Assembly: GCA_016184225.1 (NCBI GenBank)
Contig: JACPDA010000004.1
Span: 343,927 to 407,926, forward strand
Direction of reading: 5' to 3'
Source: Candidatus Daviesbacteria bacterium
GTDB taxonomy: Bacteria; Patescibacteriota; Microgenomatia; Daviesbacterales; UBA10151
DNA length: 64,000 nucleotides
The notes under the pieces are model-generated. The model saw only the letters and a list, made by a program, of their open reading frames with translations. It was not told where the DNA came from and searched no databases. The translations under genes were made by a program, and so were the position numbers. This document shows, one piece after another, positions 8,627 to 18,076 of the stretch. Every line of letters starts with the position of its first letter. Positions within the stretch are counted from its first letter, which is position 1.

Positions 8627-8700
8627 TAGGGCAGTTTTTAGTTAAGTTTAGTGTATTAAAGAAGGTATTAATTGTCAATGTATCATATAATATACAAACC

Positions 8701-11436
8701 ATGTTAGGTTTTTTTGGTAAACTCCTGGATTCAAACGAAAGAGAAATAAATAAGCTTAAGCCTTTAGTGGAGGCAACAAGCTCTTTTGAGAAAAAAGTTT
8801 CAAAATTATCCGATAAGGAACTTAGAGGTAGCTTTGCAAAGTTTAAGCTGGAACACGAACGAGGTAAAAGTTTGAATGAATTGCTGTCGGAGGTTTTCAG
8901 CTTTGTGAGGGAAGCTGCCAAAAGGACCATCAAGCAGCGCCATTTTGATGTCCAGCTGATGGCGGCGATTGTCTTGCACCAAGGTAAAATTGCCGAACAG
9001 AAAACCGGAGAAGGCAAAACTTTGTCAGCTACTCCGGCACTGTTTTTAAACGCTATTGTCGGTAAAGGGGTTCACCTGGTGACGGTCAATGATTATCTGG
9101 CCCAGCGGGATTGCGGTTGGATGGGGCCGATATATTATGCGCTCGGCGCAAGTTGTGCCACAATCATTCATGACAGCGCTTTTATTTATGACCCGAAATA
9201 TAAGGATACCTCCCATGACGATAAAAGATTGCAACATCTTCGTCCGGTGACCAGAAAAGAAGCTTACGACGCAGATATCACTTATGGAACCAATAATGAG
9301 TTCGGCTTTGACTATTTGCGGGACAATATGGCTTTTAGATTATCAGACCAATCACAACGGGGACACCTTTTTGCAGTTGTTGACGAAGTAGATTCAATAT
9401 TAATTGATGAGGCAAGGACCCCTTTAATCATTTCGCAGCCTGCACAGGAAGCAACGGAAAAGTATTACCAGTTTGCCAAAATCATTGATTCACTTTCCCC
9501 TTCTGACTACAGCGTTGATGAAAAACTAAAAACAGCCCATTTAACAGAACACGGCACCTTAAAGATTGAAAAACTACTGGGGGTGGATAATCTCTACGAA
9601 AAGGATTTTTCCACCCTTCATCATCTGGAAGAATCGTTAAAGGCTAAAACCTTATTTCAAAAGGACAAAGACTATGTAGTTAAAGACGGAGAAGTGATTA
9701 TTGTTGATGAGTTTACCGGCAGGCTGATGTTAGGGAGAAGGTATTCGGAAGGGTTACACCAGGCTATTGAAGCCAAAGAAGATGTACCAATCCAACAAGA
9801 GTCTCAGACTTTAGCTACTATTTCTTTTCAAAACTACTTTAGGATGTATGAAAAGCTGGCCGGTATGACAGGGACTGCTGCTACCGAGGCAGAGGAGTTT
9901 AACAAGATCTACAAATTAGAAGTAGTGGTTATACCTACCAATAACCCAATGGTGAGAGTGGATCATTCTGATACCATCTATAAAACCCAGGGTGCAAAGT
10001 ATACGGCTGTAGCAAATTTGGTAGAGAGCTTGCACAAAAAAGGGCAACCTGTATTGGTGGGAACTACCGCTATTGATAAAAACGAATTCCTGTCAGATCT
10101 TCTAAAAAGAAAAGGGATATCGCATGCGCTGTTAAATGCCAAAAATCACGAAAAAGAGGCGGAAATTATTGCCAAAGCCGGGGAAAAAGGGGCAGTTACT
10201 GTGGCTACCAATATGGCAGGCCGGGGAGTGGATATTATTTTGGCAAAGGGTATTGATAAGTTAGGGGGTTTGTTTGTGGTAGGAACGGAAAGGCATGAAT
10301 CAAGAAGGATAGATAATCAGCTACGGGGTCGTTCAGGCAGGCAAGGTGATCCAGGAGAAACTAGGTTTTTTGTGTCTTTGGAGGACGATCTGATGAGGAT
10401 TTTTGGTGGGGAACAGGTTTCCAAAGTGATGAATTTCCTGAAAATGCCGGAAGATGTCCCGATTGAGCATGGTTTAATCTCCAAGGCAATTGAGGGGGCC
10501 CAAAAGAAGGTGGAAGGTCACAATTTTGATATCCGCAAACACACCGTTGAATATGATGATGTCATGAATCAACAAAGAAAAATTATCTATGAAATCAGGA
10601 AAAAGGTCTTGGAAACAGCTTCTTCCCCTGTCATCCCGAGCGCTAGCGAGGGATCTAATTTCTTAAAAGAAGAGATTTTGCAAAAGATTGAGGCTGAAAT
10701 TTCGAGTGTAGTGGCTGTTTATTCGGCAGAAGGTATAGACAGCAAAAAAATCATTGGAGAGTTTGCATCGATTATACCTATAGATGAAAACAGCCAAAAA
10801 GAAATAGAAAACAAAATTGCCGTTTCTACAAGCCCTGAAGAAATTATACAGTTTTTAACTGAGCTGTCCGGTAATTTCTATGAGCAGAGGGAGAAACAGG
10901 TTGGAGAAGAAATAGCCAGACAAATGGAGGTTTTTGTATACCTTAATACTATAGATACCCTGTGGATTGAACATTTGGATACCATGGATGACCTGCGCTC
11001 CGGAATAGGGCTTCGAGGATATGCCCAAAGAGACCCTTTGATTGAATACAAAAGGGAAGGCTTTGATTTGTTTGAGAAACTGATGGTGACTATTGATTAT
11101 GAGATTGTCAGAAGAATCTATAAGGTAGCTGTACAGGGACAAGCTCCTGTTCCCGAGCAGCCAGTAGTAGTGGAGGAAAAGCATCCGGAAATAGAAATCG
11201 GAGTTAAAACCGAAAAGAAGGAAATTAAGGAGGTTGCAGAAGGTAAGCCACTGGATAAGGTGTTGGAGTCAGAAGGCGGAGTGACTAAAGTTACTATTGA
11301 GCGGGACGGGATAGTATCGGAGCAGATGTATGGAGACCAGGGACAATTGACTAAAGCTCATGGCAAAATTGGCAGAAATGATCCATGTTGGTGTGGCAGC
11401 GGTAAAAAGTACAAGCGATGCCATTACCCTAACTGA
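8701..11436 (+). CDS. secA: Preprotein translocase ATPase SecA
   Basis: KTGEGKT, TVNDYLA, DEVDSILIDEARTPLIIS, QLRGRSGRQGDPG and C-terminal GRNDPCWCGSGKKYKRCH. Start ATG 8701 follows TATAAT. Confidence 0.99.
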   Translation: MLGFFGKLLDSNEREINKLKPLVEATSSFEKKVSKLSDKELRGSFAKFKLEHERGKSLNELLSEVFSFVREAAKRTIKQRHFDVQLMAAIVLHQGKIAEQKTGEGKTLSATPALFLNAIVGKGVHLVTVNDYLAQRDCGWMGPIYYALGASCATIIHDSAFIYDPKYKDTSHDDKRLQHLRPVTRKEAYDADITYGTNNEFGFDYLRDNMAFRLSDQSQRGHLFAVVDEVDSILIDEARTPLIISQPAQEATEKYYQFAKIIDSLSPSDYSVDEKLKTAHLTEHGTLKIEKLLGVDNLYEKDFSTLHHLEESLKAKTLFQKDKDYVVKDGEVIIVDEFTGRLMLGRRYSEGLHQAIEAKEDVPIQQESQTLATISFQNYFRMYEKLAGMTGTAATEAEEFNKIYKLEVVVIPTNNPMVRVDHSDTIYKTQGAKYTAVANLVESLHKKGQPVLVGTTAIDKNEFLSDLLKRKGISHALLNAKNHEKEAEIIAKAGEKGAVTVATNMAGRGVDIILAKGIDKLGGLFVVGTERHESRRIDNQLRGRSGRQGDPGETRFFVSLEDDLMRIFGGEQVSKVMNFLKMPEDVPIEHGLISKAIEGAQKKVEGHNFDIRKHTVEYDDVMNQQRKIIYEIRKKVLETASSPVIPSASEGSNFLKEEILQKIEAEISSVVAVYSAEGIDSKKIIGEFASIIPIDENSQKEIENKIAVSTSPEEIIQFLTELSGNFYEQREKQVGEEIARQMEVFVYLNTIDTLWIEHLDTMDDLRSGIGLRGYAQRDPLIEYKREGFDLFEKLMVTIDYEIVRRIYKVAVQGQAPVPEQPVVVEEKHPEIEIGVKTEKKEIKEVAEGKPLDKVLESEGGVTKVTIERDGIVSEQMYGDQGQLTKAHGKIGRNDPCWCGSGKKYKRCHYPN
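10629..10656. repeat. Palindromic element (TGTCAT...GATCT family) inside secA
   Basis: TGTCATCCCGAGCGCTAGCGAGGGATCT. Its reverse complement AGATCCCTCGCTAGCGCTCGGGATGACA shares ends with 12879-12903 and 22099-22134. Confidence 0.75.
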
Positions 11437-11458
11437 TTAGATTGATATAGCAATCTAA
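11437..11458 (+). terminator. Hairpin directly after secA; possible terminator
   Basis: TTAGATTG-atatag-CAATCTAA forms an 8-bp stem. The U-tract is weak. Confidence 0.4.
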
Positions 11459-11564
11459 AGTACCATTTTTAGTACCACATAGAGCACTCTTTTTGCTATA
11501 TAAATTTTTATCAAATTACCCTATAGTTGCGCCTAAGCTTATTTTGAGGTATAATTCGTACGTT

Positions 11565-12395
11565 ATGAGAGAAACAGACCGACAAATTAAGGAGCTTTAT
11601 TTACAATATAAAGCTGCTAAATTACAACCTGAACAGCAAGCTCAAAAACCGCTACCTATAATTGGCAGAATTGCTCAATTATTGAGGAGACAGAGAAGGG
11701 ATTTGGAAGGGGAAAGAAGAGCAGTATCTGAACCTGAACGAACTAGAGACCAAATTAAAGTTTTATTAAGAGGTCGATTAGGAAGTTATCCTCTTGTGAG
11801 AATAAGTCATGTTGTGCACGGAATAGAATCGGGCTTTGAATATGGTTTTGATTATAGTTTAGGAGAAGATGTATTTGCAGTAGATTATTGGTCATATAAT
11901 CGTTGGGGTATTCTCGTACAAAAACATCCTAGCGATTACACTCCCAAAATAGAAATAGTTGAAGAAAAAATAGAACCCGATAAAGAATTTGCGGATGAAA
12001 ATCCTGAGCTTCTTGGTCCTTACACAATGACACATAGTCTTCTTCATCTTCCTGAAGGATTTCGGATACCCGTTGGTCCACTTCGTTTTGAAAGTGATAG
12101 TTTGCCAATTAGCGAAGAGGAATTAGCTGTTGATAAAGGAAGAGCTATAGCTATGATAGAGGCAGCAGAAATAAAAATGAATAGAGATAGCCTTAAAATG
12201 ACAGAGATATTAGAGAAATTGAGGAGACCAGCTAGAAAATATACGGACAGATTTTTTTTCTGGCAGCCTATCCTACCAGACAGTCCTACAAAAATAGCTA
12301 TAGATTTTGATGCCATTAACCCATACCATATGGGATTGACCTTAAAAAATGCTCCTACATTTAATAATACAGTAATAATTGACGATGATTTGTAA
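11565..12395 (+). CDS. Hypothetical protein (orphan-like)
   Basis: Long open frame. ATG 11565 lies 9 nt after TATAAT (11550-11555). No family motif recognised. Confidence 0.7.
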   Translation: MRETDRQIKELYLQYKAAKLQPEQQAQKPLPIIGRIAQLLRRQRRDLEGERRAVSEPERTRDQIKVLLRGRLGSYPLVRISHVVHGIESGFEYGFDYSLGEDVFAVDYWSYNRWGILVQKHPSDYTPKIEIVEEKIEPDKEFADENPELLGPYTMTHSLLHLPEGFRIPVGPLRFESDSLPISEEELAVDKGRAIAMIEAAEIKMNRDSLKMTEILEKLRRPARKYTDRFFFWQPILPDSPTKIAIDFDAINPYHMGLTLKNAPTFNNTVIIDDDL

Positions 12396-12452
12396 TTTAT
12401 TGTGAGGTACCCTATATTGATAGCATTTCAAAAAATGCTATTATCCTAATTA

Positions 12453-13331
12453 ATGAATCATGAAGTTCAAGAGTTAACCAAAGAGTGGGTAGCCAAAAGA
12501 TTGCCGGTGAGGCCGAAAGACGCTAATAAAGGAACTTTTGGGAAGGTGTTGGTTTTGGCCGGTTCAGAAAATTATCCGGGAGCGGCATATCTCTCTTGCG
12601 CTGCATGTTACCGGGTGGGAGCAGGATTAGTTAGTTTAGCAACGACCCCATCAGTTAAAATAATTGTCTCCAGAAAATTACCAGAAGTGACTTTCCTTTC
12701 ATTTGAAGAAATTTTTAAAAAACTGGTTGAATATGATGTTTTATTGATTGGTCCAGGCTTGGGGCAAAGTAAGCAAACAGTAAAGCTAATGAAACATATC
12801 TTAAACAGCAATTTACCCCCAACAGTTATTGATGGTGATGGGTTAAACCTTCTTTCTAAAATAGAGAAGTGGTGGGAGAGATTCTGGACAAGCCAGAATG
12901 ACAAAGCTAAAGATATTATACTGACCCCGCATCCGGGGGAAATGGCTAGGTTAACAGGAATCTCTGTTAAAAAAATCCAGGCAGATCGGGCTAACGTCGC
13001 ACAATATCATGCCAAAAAATGGAATCAACTGATAGTCTTGAAGGGAGCAAATACTGTGATTGTCTCCCCTGCCGGGCAGGTGCTGATTAGCCCTTTTGCA
13101 AATCCGGCTCTGTCAACTGCCGGTACCGGTGATGTTTTGGCAGGAGCAATAGCCGGTCTGTTGGCTCAGGGCTTAAAACCTGCTGACGCAGCCGGTGTCG
13201 GAGTATATGTTCATGGTTTGGCCGGTGAGAGATTAAAGGAAAACACAGGTAAGGCAGGGATGTTGGCAAGCGATCTTTTGCCAATGTTGCCGAAAGTTCT
13301 ACTCAACATATCCAAACATAGGATCTGTTAA
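12453..13331 (+). CDS. nnrD: ADP-dependent NAD(P)HX dehydratase
   Basis: NKGTFGKVLVLAGS...GAAYL...GAGLV, IGPGLG, VIDGDGL, ILTPHPGEMARL, VLKGA, STAGTGDVLAG. Confidence 0.95.
   Translation: MNHEVQELTKEWVAKRLPVRPKDANKGTFGKVLVLAGSENYPGAAYLSCAACYRVGAGLVSLATTPSVKIIVSRKLPEVTFLSFEEIFKKLVEYDVLLIGPGLGQSKQTVKLMKHILNSNLPPTVIDGDGLNLLSKIEKWWERFWTSQNDKAKDIILTPHPGEMARLTGISVKKIQADRANVAQYHAKKWNQLIVLKGANTVIVSPAGQVLISPFANPALSTAGTGDVLAGAIAGLLAQGLKPADAAGVGVYVHGLAGERLKENTGKAGMLASDLLPMLPKVLLNISKHRIC
12879..12903. repeat. Palindromic element (AGAT...ATGACA family) inside nnrD
   Basis: AGATTCTGGACAAGCCAGAATGACA, with stem ATTCTGG/CCAGAAT. Confidence 0.7.
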
Positions 13332-14774
13332 ATTGGTATTTTGCCCGCTGCAAGCTTCCGTCATTAACTCCTGTGGAGGAGGTTGTTTTGGAGGAATTAC
13401 CCCAATGTGGCCGAATTTGACTTTTACTTCCTTAAGTGAGTATTCATCCGGAATGACTATGGAATATACCGGGCTGCCCCTTCCGGGTACGGCAATATGA
13501 GCTTTCTTTAAGAAGAAAAAGTACCTGAAACCAACATTTTCTCCCGGTGAGGTAATATAGTTTAGGGAAAAACAGGGAAAATTTTTGGTTTTAGCATCAT
13601 TTATTATGTAGTTCACAACTGATTTCTTTTCAATATAACCTTTATGGTAAGTATCCTGGACAATCAGGAAAAAGACATTTTTAGCCGTTACAAACATTAA
13701 TAGACCAACTACCAATATTTTCCCTACTCTTGAAGAATTAAAGAGATAAAAGAGCAGTAAGCTGACAATAGTCAAAAAGACAATTTCAATGTCATAAAAA
13801 TAATATTCCGAGATTGGTGAAGAAGAGACGGAGAAAAATAAAACTACAGAGAAAACCCAGGCCAGAAGAGGAATTAGTTCATAAGTTTTAAGCAGTTTCT
13901 TTTTTACCAATAGAAATGAAGATGCCAATATAGCCATAGGAAAAAAAATAGTATTAGTTATTGGTAAGAATTGAGGAGCAAAGAAAAGGCTGTTTATATT
14001 TTTAGTGATCATCTCCAGTACGGTTTGAAATTTGTATAATCCTCGGGCTCCTTCCCTGACAGTTGTAAAGTTTTGCAAAAGATTGGTGGTTTGTTGAAAA
14101 TTATGTCTTAATTCAAAGATAATGAGCGGCAGTGAGGTAATTATTACAGCGATAGAAAATTCTACTAACTGTGAAAAACTGGGTAATTTCTTAGCTTTCA
14201 AAAACGCAAACGGGATAGCAAAAAGTGCCGGCAGAAGTGCAATATGGATATGCCAAATGAGTCCTATCAAAATTCCCAGCAATAGTAGAACATTAAACTT
14301 TCCCCTGGCTAACATTATTACGGTATAGAAATACCAAATTGTCCAAAGATTAGTGGGGGTAGATGGTGCCAGTCTCCTGTCAAACCAAACTGCTGCACTT
14401 ATTAAAACCGCATACAACAAGGAGGCAATAAAACCCACTTTAGTATTGAATAATTTGGAAAATACTACAAAGTAGCTGATAACAGTTAGAATTCCTATAA
14501 TGGTGATGGGAAAATGGGCAGCTACCGGATCCATGTTAAGTAAAAGATAAAAGGGGACTAAGGAGTAATAAAAGAGGGGGCCAATAAAAATACCCGAAGC
14601 GGAGGTTTCCTGCCCTACTAGCCGCAGGTGGCCATTTACAACAATGTCTTTGACAATCCAGGAATATAAATCAGCATCATGTCCAAAATCAGCCCTTTCA
14701 ACAACTTGGTAGGTTCTAAAAAAAAGCCCACTAACAATTATTAAACCCAAGAGTAAAATTTGAGACCGCTTCAT
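13299..14774 (-). CDS. GT-C-fold membrane glycosyltransferase (ArnT/PMT-like)
   Basis: FGHDAD acidic motif after TM1, GIFIGPLFYY, about 11-12 TM segments, PLIIFELRH. Confidence 0.85.
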   Translation of the reverse strand: MKRSQILLLGLIIVSGLFFRTYQVVERADFGHDADLYSWIVKDIVVNGHLRLVGQETSASGIFIGPLFYYSLVPFYLLLNMDPVAAHFPITIIGILTVISYFVVFSKLFNTKVGFIASLLYAVLISAAVWFDRRLAPSTPTNLWTIWYFYTVIMLARGKFNVLLLLGILIGLIWHIHIALLPALFAIPFAFLKAKKLPSFSQLVEFSIAVIITSLPLIIFELRHNFQQTTNLLQNFTTVREGARGLYKFQTVLEMITKNINSLFFAPQFLPITNTIFFPMAILASSFLLVKKKLLKTYELIPLLAWVFSVVLFFSVSSSPISEYYFYDIEIVFLTIVSLLLFYLFNSSRVGKILVVGLLMFVTAKNVFFLIVQDTYHKGYIEKKSVVNYIINDAKTKNFPCFSLNYITSPGENVGFRYFFFLKKAHIAVPGRGSPVYSIVIPDEYSLKEVKVKFGHIGVIPPKQPPPQELMTEACSGQNTNLTDPMFGYVE

Positions 14775-14796
14775 ATAAATGTTAAACTAGCACACT

Positions 14797-15552
14797 ATGG
14801 AAGTTAAGGCAATAAAGTCCAGAAAATTTTTGCCGCCCAAAGATGATTTGTGGGATTTACTTTCGGCGATAGAAAGTCTAAAAGAAAATTCACTTGTGGC
14901 AGTAACCTCTAAGGTGGTAGCGATAGGTGAAGGGCGATGTGTTCCGATGGTAGGTATAGAAAAAGATGAGCTGGTTGCCAAAGAGGCGGATAAATATTTG
15001 CCCAGGAAATTATGGCCAAACGGGTTGACAATGTATACCATTAAAAATAATTTACTGGTGGCAGCTGCCGGGATTGATGAAAGCAATGCGAAAGGTTTCT
15101 ATATTCTTTGGCCGAAAAACCCGGAACTTTCTGCTAAAAATATTTGGGAATTTTTAAAGAAAAGGTTTAAGCTAAAAAACTTAGGAGTAATTATTACTGA
15201 TTCCCGGGTAACCCCTTTAAGGCGGGGAGTTTTGGGAATGGCAATTTCTTATTATGGCTTTAAGCCCTTAAAAGATTATCGGGGAACAAAGGATCTATTT
15301 GGTAGAAGTTTTGAAATGGAAACCACTGATATACCGGACTGCCTGGCATCTGCGGCAGTGTTGGAAATGGGGGAAGGGGCAGAGTGCCAGCCCTTGGCTG
15401 TGATTTCCGATGTTCCCTATGTGGAGTTTATTCAAGAAAAGTACAATCCAAAAAATCCTGATTCCAGTTTTGAAATTTCGGAAAAAGAAGACCTGTTTTA
15501 TCCTTTCTTATCTTCAGTGCCTTGGAAAAAAGGCGCCGGGGGAAAAGACTAG
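14797..15552 (+). CDS. CofE/F420-ligase family gamma-glutamate ligase (FolC2-like)
   Basis: VAVTSKVVAIGEG, AAAGIDESN, LGVIITDS...PLRRG...G.AI...GF.PL.DYRG..DLFGR, MGEGAE.QP. Confidence 0.88.
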   Translation: MEVKAIKSRKFLPPKDDLWDLLSAIESLKENSLVAVTSKVVAIGEGRCVPMVGIEKDELVAKEADKYLPRKLWPNGLTMYTIKNNLLVAAAGIDESNAKGFYILWPKNPELSAKNIWEFLKKRFKLKNLGVIITDSRVTPLRRGVLGMAISYYGFKPLKDYRGTKDLFGRSFEMETTDIPDCLASAAVLEMGEGAECQPLAVISDVPYVEFIQEKYNPKNPDSSFEISEKEDLFYPFLSSVPWKKGAGGKD

Positions 15553-15591
15553 CCCTTTTTAGAAGGGTACCAAAATTTCGCTATAGCGAAA
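15553..15591. terminator. Hairpins between convergent genes; possible bidirectional terminator
   Basis: CCCTT-tttag-AAGGG (15553-15567) and the perfect palindrome TTTCGCTATAGCGAAA (15576-15591). Confidence 0.45.
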
Positions 15592-15602
15592 AAATGGAAC
15601 CA

Positions 15603-16523
15603 CTAGGGATTTTGGATTTTGAAAAAATCAATAGTTTTCTGGAGGCCTTCGTCTAGGCTTACTTTTACTTTCCAGCCTAGATCTTTTTTGATTTTTTGAG
15701 AAGATGCAACGAGTGTCGGTACATCACCTTTTCTTTCTCCCTTATCATCAATAGGCACTTCATAGCCGACAATTTCAAAAATCTGCTTTACTACATCAAT
15801 CACTTTTACACCGGTTTGGGTCCCTACATTATATATATGTAATCCGGTTAAGGGTAGCGCTAAGACATGAGCTTCTGCCAAGTCATCAATATAAATAAAA
15901 TCCCTAACCTGTTCCCCTTTCCAAAACAGTGGAATAGGGGTTTTAGCAAGAGCTGATTTTACAAAATTTGGTATGGCATGGGTTTCAGGAAAATGTAGTT
16001 CGCCCGGGCCGTATGGATTAAAATAGCGGAGGATTGTGACATCAAATTGGTGGAGAGTATGATAGAGTTTACAAAATTCCTCCATTGTTATTTTGGTGAT
16101 TCCATATGGATTTTTCTGTTCTCCTAAAGGATCCTCTTCCGTAATAGGAAGTTTTTTTGGAACGCCATAAACACAAGCGCTGGAGGAGAAGATAATTTTT
16201 TTAACTCCGGTATTTTTCATAGCCTCCAAGAGCTTTACAGTTCCCACAATATTATTTTGAGTAAACTCAACCGGATTTTTTACAGATTCACCAACTTCAA
16301 TAAACGAAGCCATATGGATAACGCCGTCATGGCCCGGCAGAATTTTTTTAAGTTCTTCCTGGTTTTCAAGACTGACACGCTGAAAATTTGCCCGGGGATC
16401 TACAGAGGCTTGGTATCCTTTCGAAAGGTCGTCAATGACCGTTACCGAATGACCTTGATCGAGAAGCAATTTGTTAACATGGGAGCCTATAAAGCCGGCC
16501 CCACCGGTAACTAAAACCTTCAT
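15603..16523 (-). CDS. galE: UDP-glucose 4-epimerase (extended SDR)
   Basis: MKVLVTGGAGFIGSH, VGESVKNP, FSSSACVYG, PYGITK, LRYFNPYG, VRDFIYIDDLAEAH. Confidence 0.85.
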   Translation of the reverse strand: MKVLVTGGAGFIGSHVNKLLLDQGHSVTVIDDLSKGYQASVDPRANFQRVSLENQEELKKILPGHDGVIHMASFIEVGESVKNPVEFTQNNIVGTVKLLEAMKNTGVKKIIFSSSACVYGVPKKLPITEEDPLGEQKNPYGITKITMEEFCKLYHTLHQFDVTILRYFNPYGPGELHFPETHAIPNFVKSALAKTPIPLFWKGEQVRDFIYIDDLAEAHVLALPLTGLHIYNVGTQTGVKVIDVVKQIFEIVGYEVPIDDKGERKGDVPTLVASSQKIKKDLGWKVKVSLDEGLQKTIDFFKIQNP

Positions 16524-16591
16524 GGAATTAATTTTAACATAATGACGAGGAGAGGGTTGCAAAATAAAAGCTATCTGTTACATTAGAGGTA

Positions 16592-18076
16592 ATGTTTAAG
16601 ACTATTTTTGTGCTCATAGTATTGGCGTTTATTATCAGAATACTATTTATTTTCCAAGGAGGAGTTTCTTTCCACTATGATATGGCCCGGGATGCTTTTG
16701 AAGCCCGGGAGATTTGGAAAGATCATAATTTAAAAATCTTAGGCCCCTCTACTTCTACCCCGGGTCTTTATCATGGTGTTTTTTATTATTATTTAATTGC
16801 CCCTTTCTATATGTTGGGTCAAGGGGATCCCCGGGTTGTGGCAATTTTTCTTATTCTTATTAACAGCCTGGTGGTTATTCCGCTTGTTATTATGGCAAAA
16901 GATATTTTTAAAAGCAAAAGATGGGCTTATCTTGCAGGAGCTTTATTTGTTTTTTCTTTTGAAGCAACCCAATATGCCCCTTGGATCTCAAATCCCGCGC
17001 CGGCAGTGCTAAGCGTTGGTCTGTTTTTTCTCTCCTTGTATCTTTGGCAGAAAGGGAAAAGTTATGGTTTGTATCTGGCAGTTTTTTTAGCAGCAGTGTC
17101 TACCCAGTTTCAATTTTTCCTAAGTTATCTGTTTATTTTAATACCGCTGTTTGGAATGATTTTTAAGATTAAGACTTCGCTAAAAACCGCTGGATTATCT
17201 TTGTTGATTGCTGTTTTAAGTTTGTCAAGCTTTTTGGTGGCGGCAATAAAATTTAATACCTTAGGGACTATTTTTCTTGGGTTTTTAAATATCGGAGCTG
17301 CGGGTCCGATTGATTTCCGGACTCAGTTTGCAGAAAGTATATTAAATTACCTTAACCGGTTTACGGAAATTTTTATCTTTAATTTTTCTCCGACAAATGT
17401 TTTTGTAGGAGGAATACTGGCATTAGCGGTTTTATATGCCATAAGGCGTGAGCGGTTGCTGCTTTTTTTCCTTTTTTCCAACCTGCCTATATTTATATTC
17501 GGAGGCCATACCAATACTTATGCCAATGTCGGATTGGTAGTCCCCGCAATTTTGGCCTTTACTTTGTTTTTGCGAAATATCTGGAAAATTGACAGAAAGT
17601 TTGTCTATATCATTATTTTTCTTAGCCTAATTTCCAATCTGGTAACAATTTCCAAAGTAAACCCAGGGGGTCAAGTTATTTTAGTTATCCCAAATGATAT
17701 GAACCTAAAGCAGGAGTTAAGTTTAATAGACGAAACTTACAAAATTGCTGCCGGGGAACCGTTTTCAATAAATACCCTAACACTCCCCTTGTGGACAAAC
17801 ACAACTTGGGCCTACCTATACGATTGGTATGGCAAAAGCAAATATGGTTATGTGCCGCAATTTACAGGTCATAACCAGATTGGACTATTAGGTGTTAACT
17901 CTTTGAAGAAAATAGATAAACCTCTGACTAAAACATTCCTGATAATAGAGCCGGAGGAAGGTATACCGCCAAGATTTTTTAACGACGAGTTGGATACGGA
18001 AAATAGTAAAACTAAATTGATTAAGGAAATAACTTATGGTTCCATTAAACTGCAAGTAAGGTCTCCGAATGAATAA
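16592..18076 (+). CDS. GT-C-fold membrane glycosyltransferase
   Basis: FHYDMARD after TM1, LGPSTSTPGLYHGVFYYY, multiple TM segments. Confidence 0.85.
   Translation: MFKTIFVLIVLAFIIRILFIFQGGVSFHYDMARDAFEAREIWKDHNLKILGPSTSTPGLYHGVFYYYLIAPFYMLGQGDPRVVAIFLILINSLVVIPLVIMAKDIFKSKRWAYLAGALFVFSFEATQYAPWISNPAPAVLSVGLFFLSLYLWQKGKSYGLYLAVFLAAVSTQFQFFLSYLFILIPLFGMIFKIKTSLKTAGLSLLIAVLSLSSFLVAAIKFNTLGTIFLGFLNIGAAGPIDFRTQFAESILNYLNRFTEIFIFNFSPTNVFVGGILALAVLYAIRRERLLLFFLFSNLPIFIFGGHTNTYANVGLVVPAILAFTLFLRNIWKIDRKFVYIIIFLSLISNLVTISKVNPGGQVILVIPNDMNLKQELSLIDETYKIAAGEPFSINTLTLPLWTNTTWAYLYDWYGKSKYGYVPQFTGHNQIGLLGVNSLKKIDKPLTKTFLIIEPEEGIPPRFFNDELDTENSKTKLIKEITYGSIKLQVRSPNE

Noticed and set aside
8599-8700. N-terminal extension of SecA in the ORF track (likewise for greA, galE, gmd and several GTs)
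   Set aside because: These upstream starts overlap promoters or neighbouring genes. The downstream ATGs match family N-termini and most follow -10 boxes.
11460-11477. Recurring GTACC words in intergenic regions (about 11460, 12406, 15567, 23716)
   Set aside because: The word is too short and has no consistent flanking structure, so it cannot be distinguished from chance.
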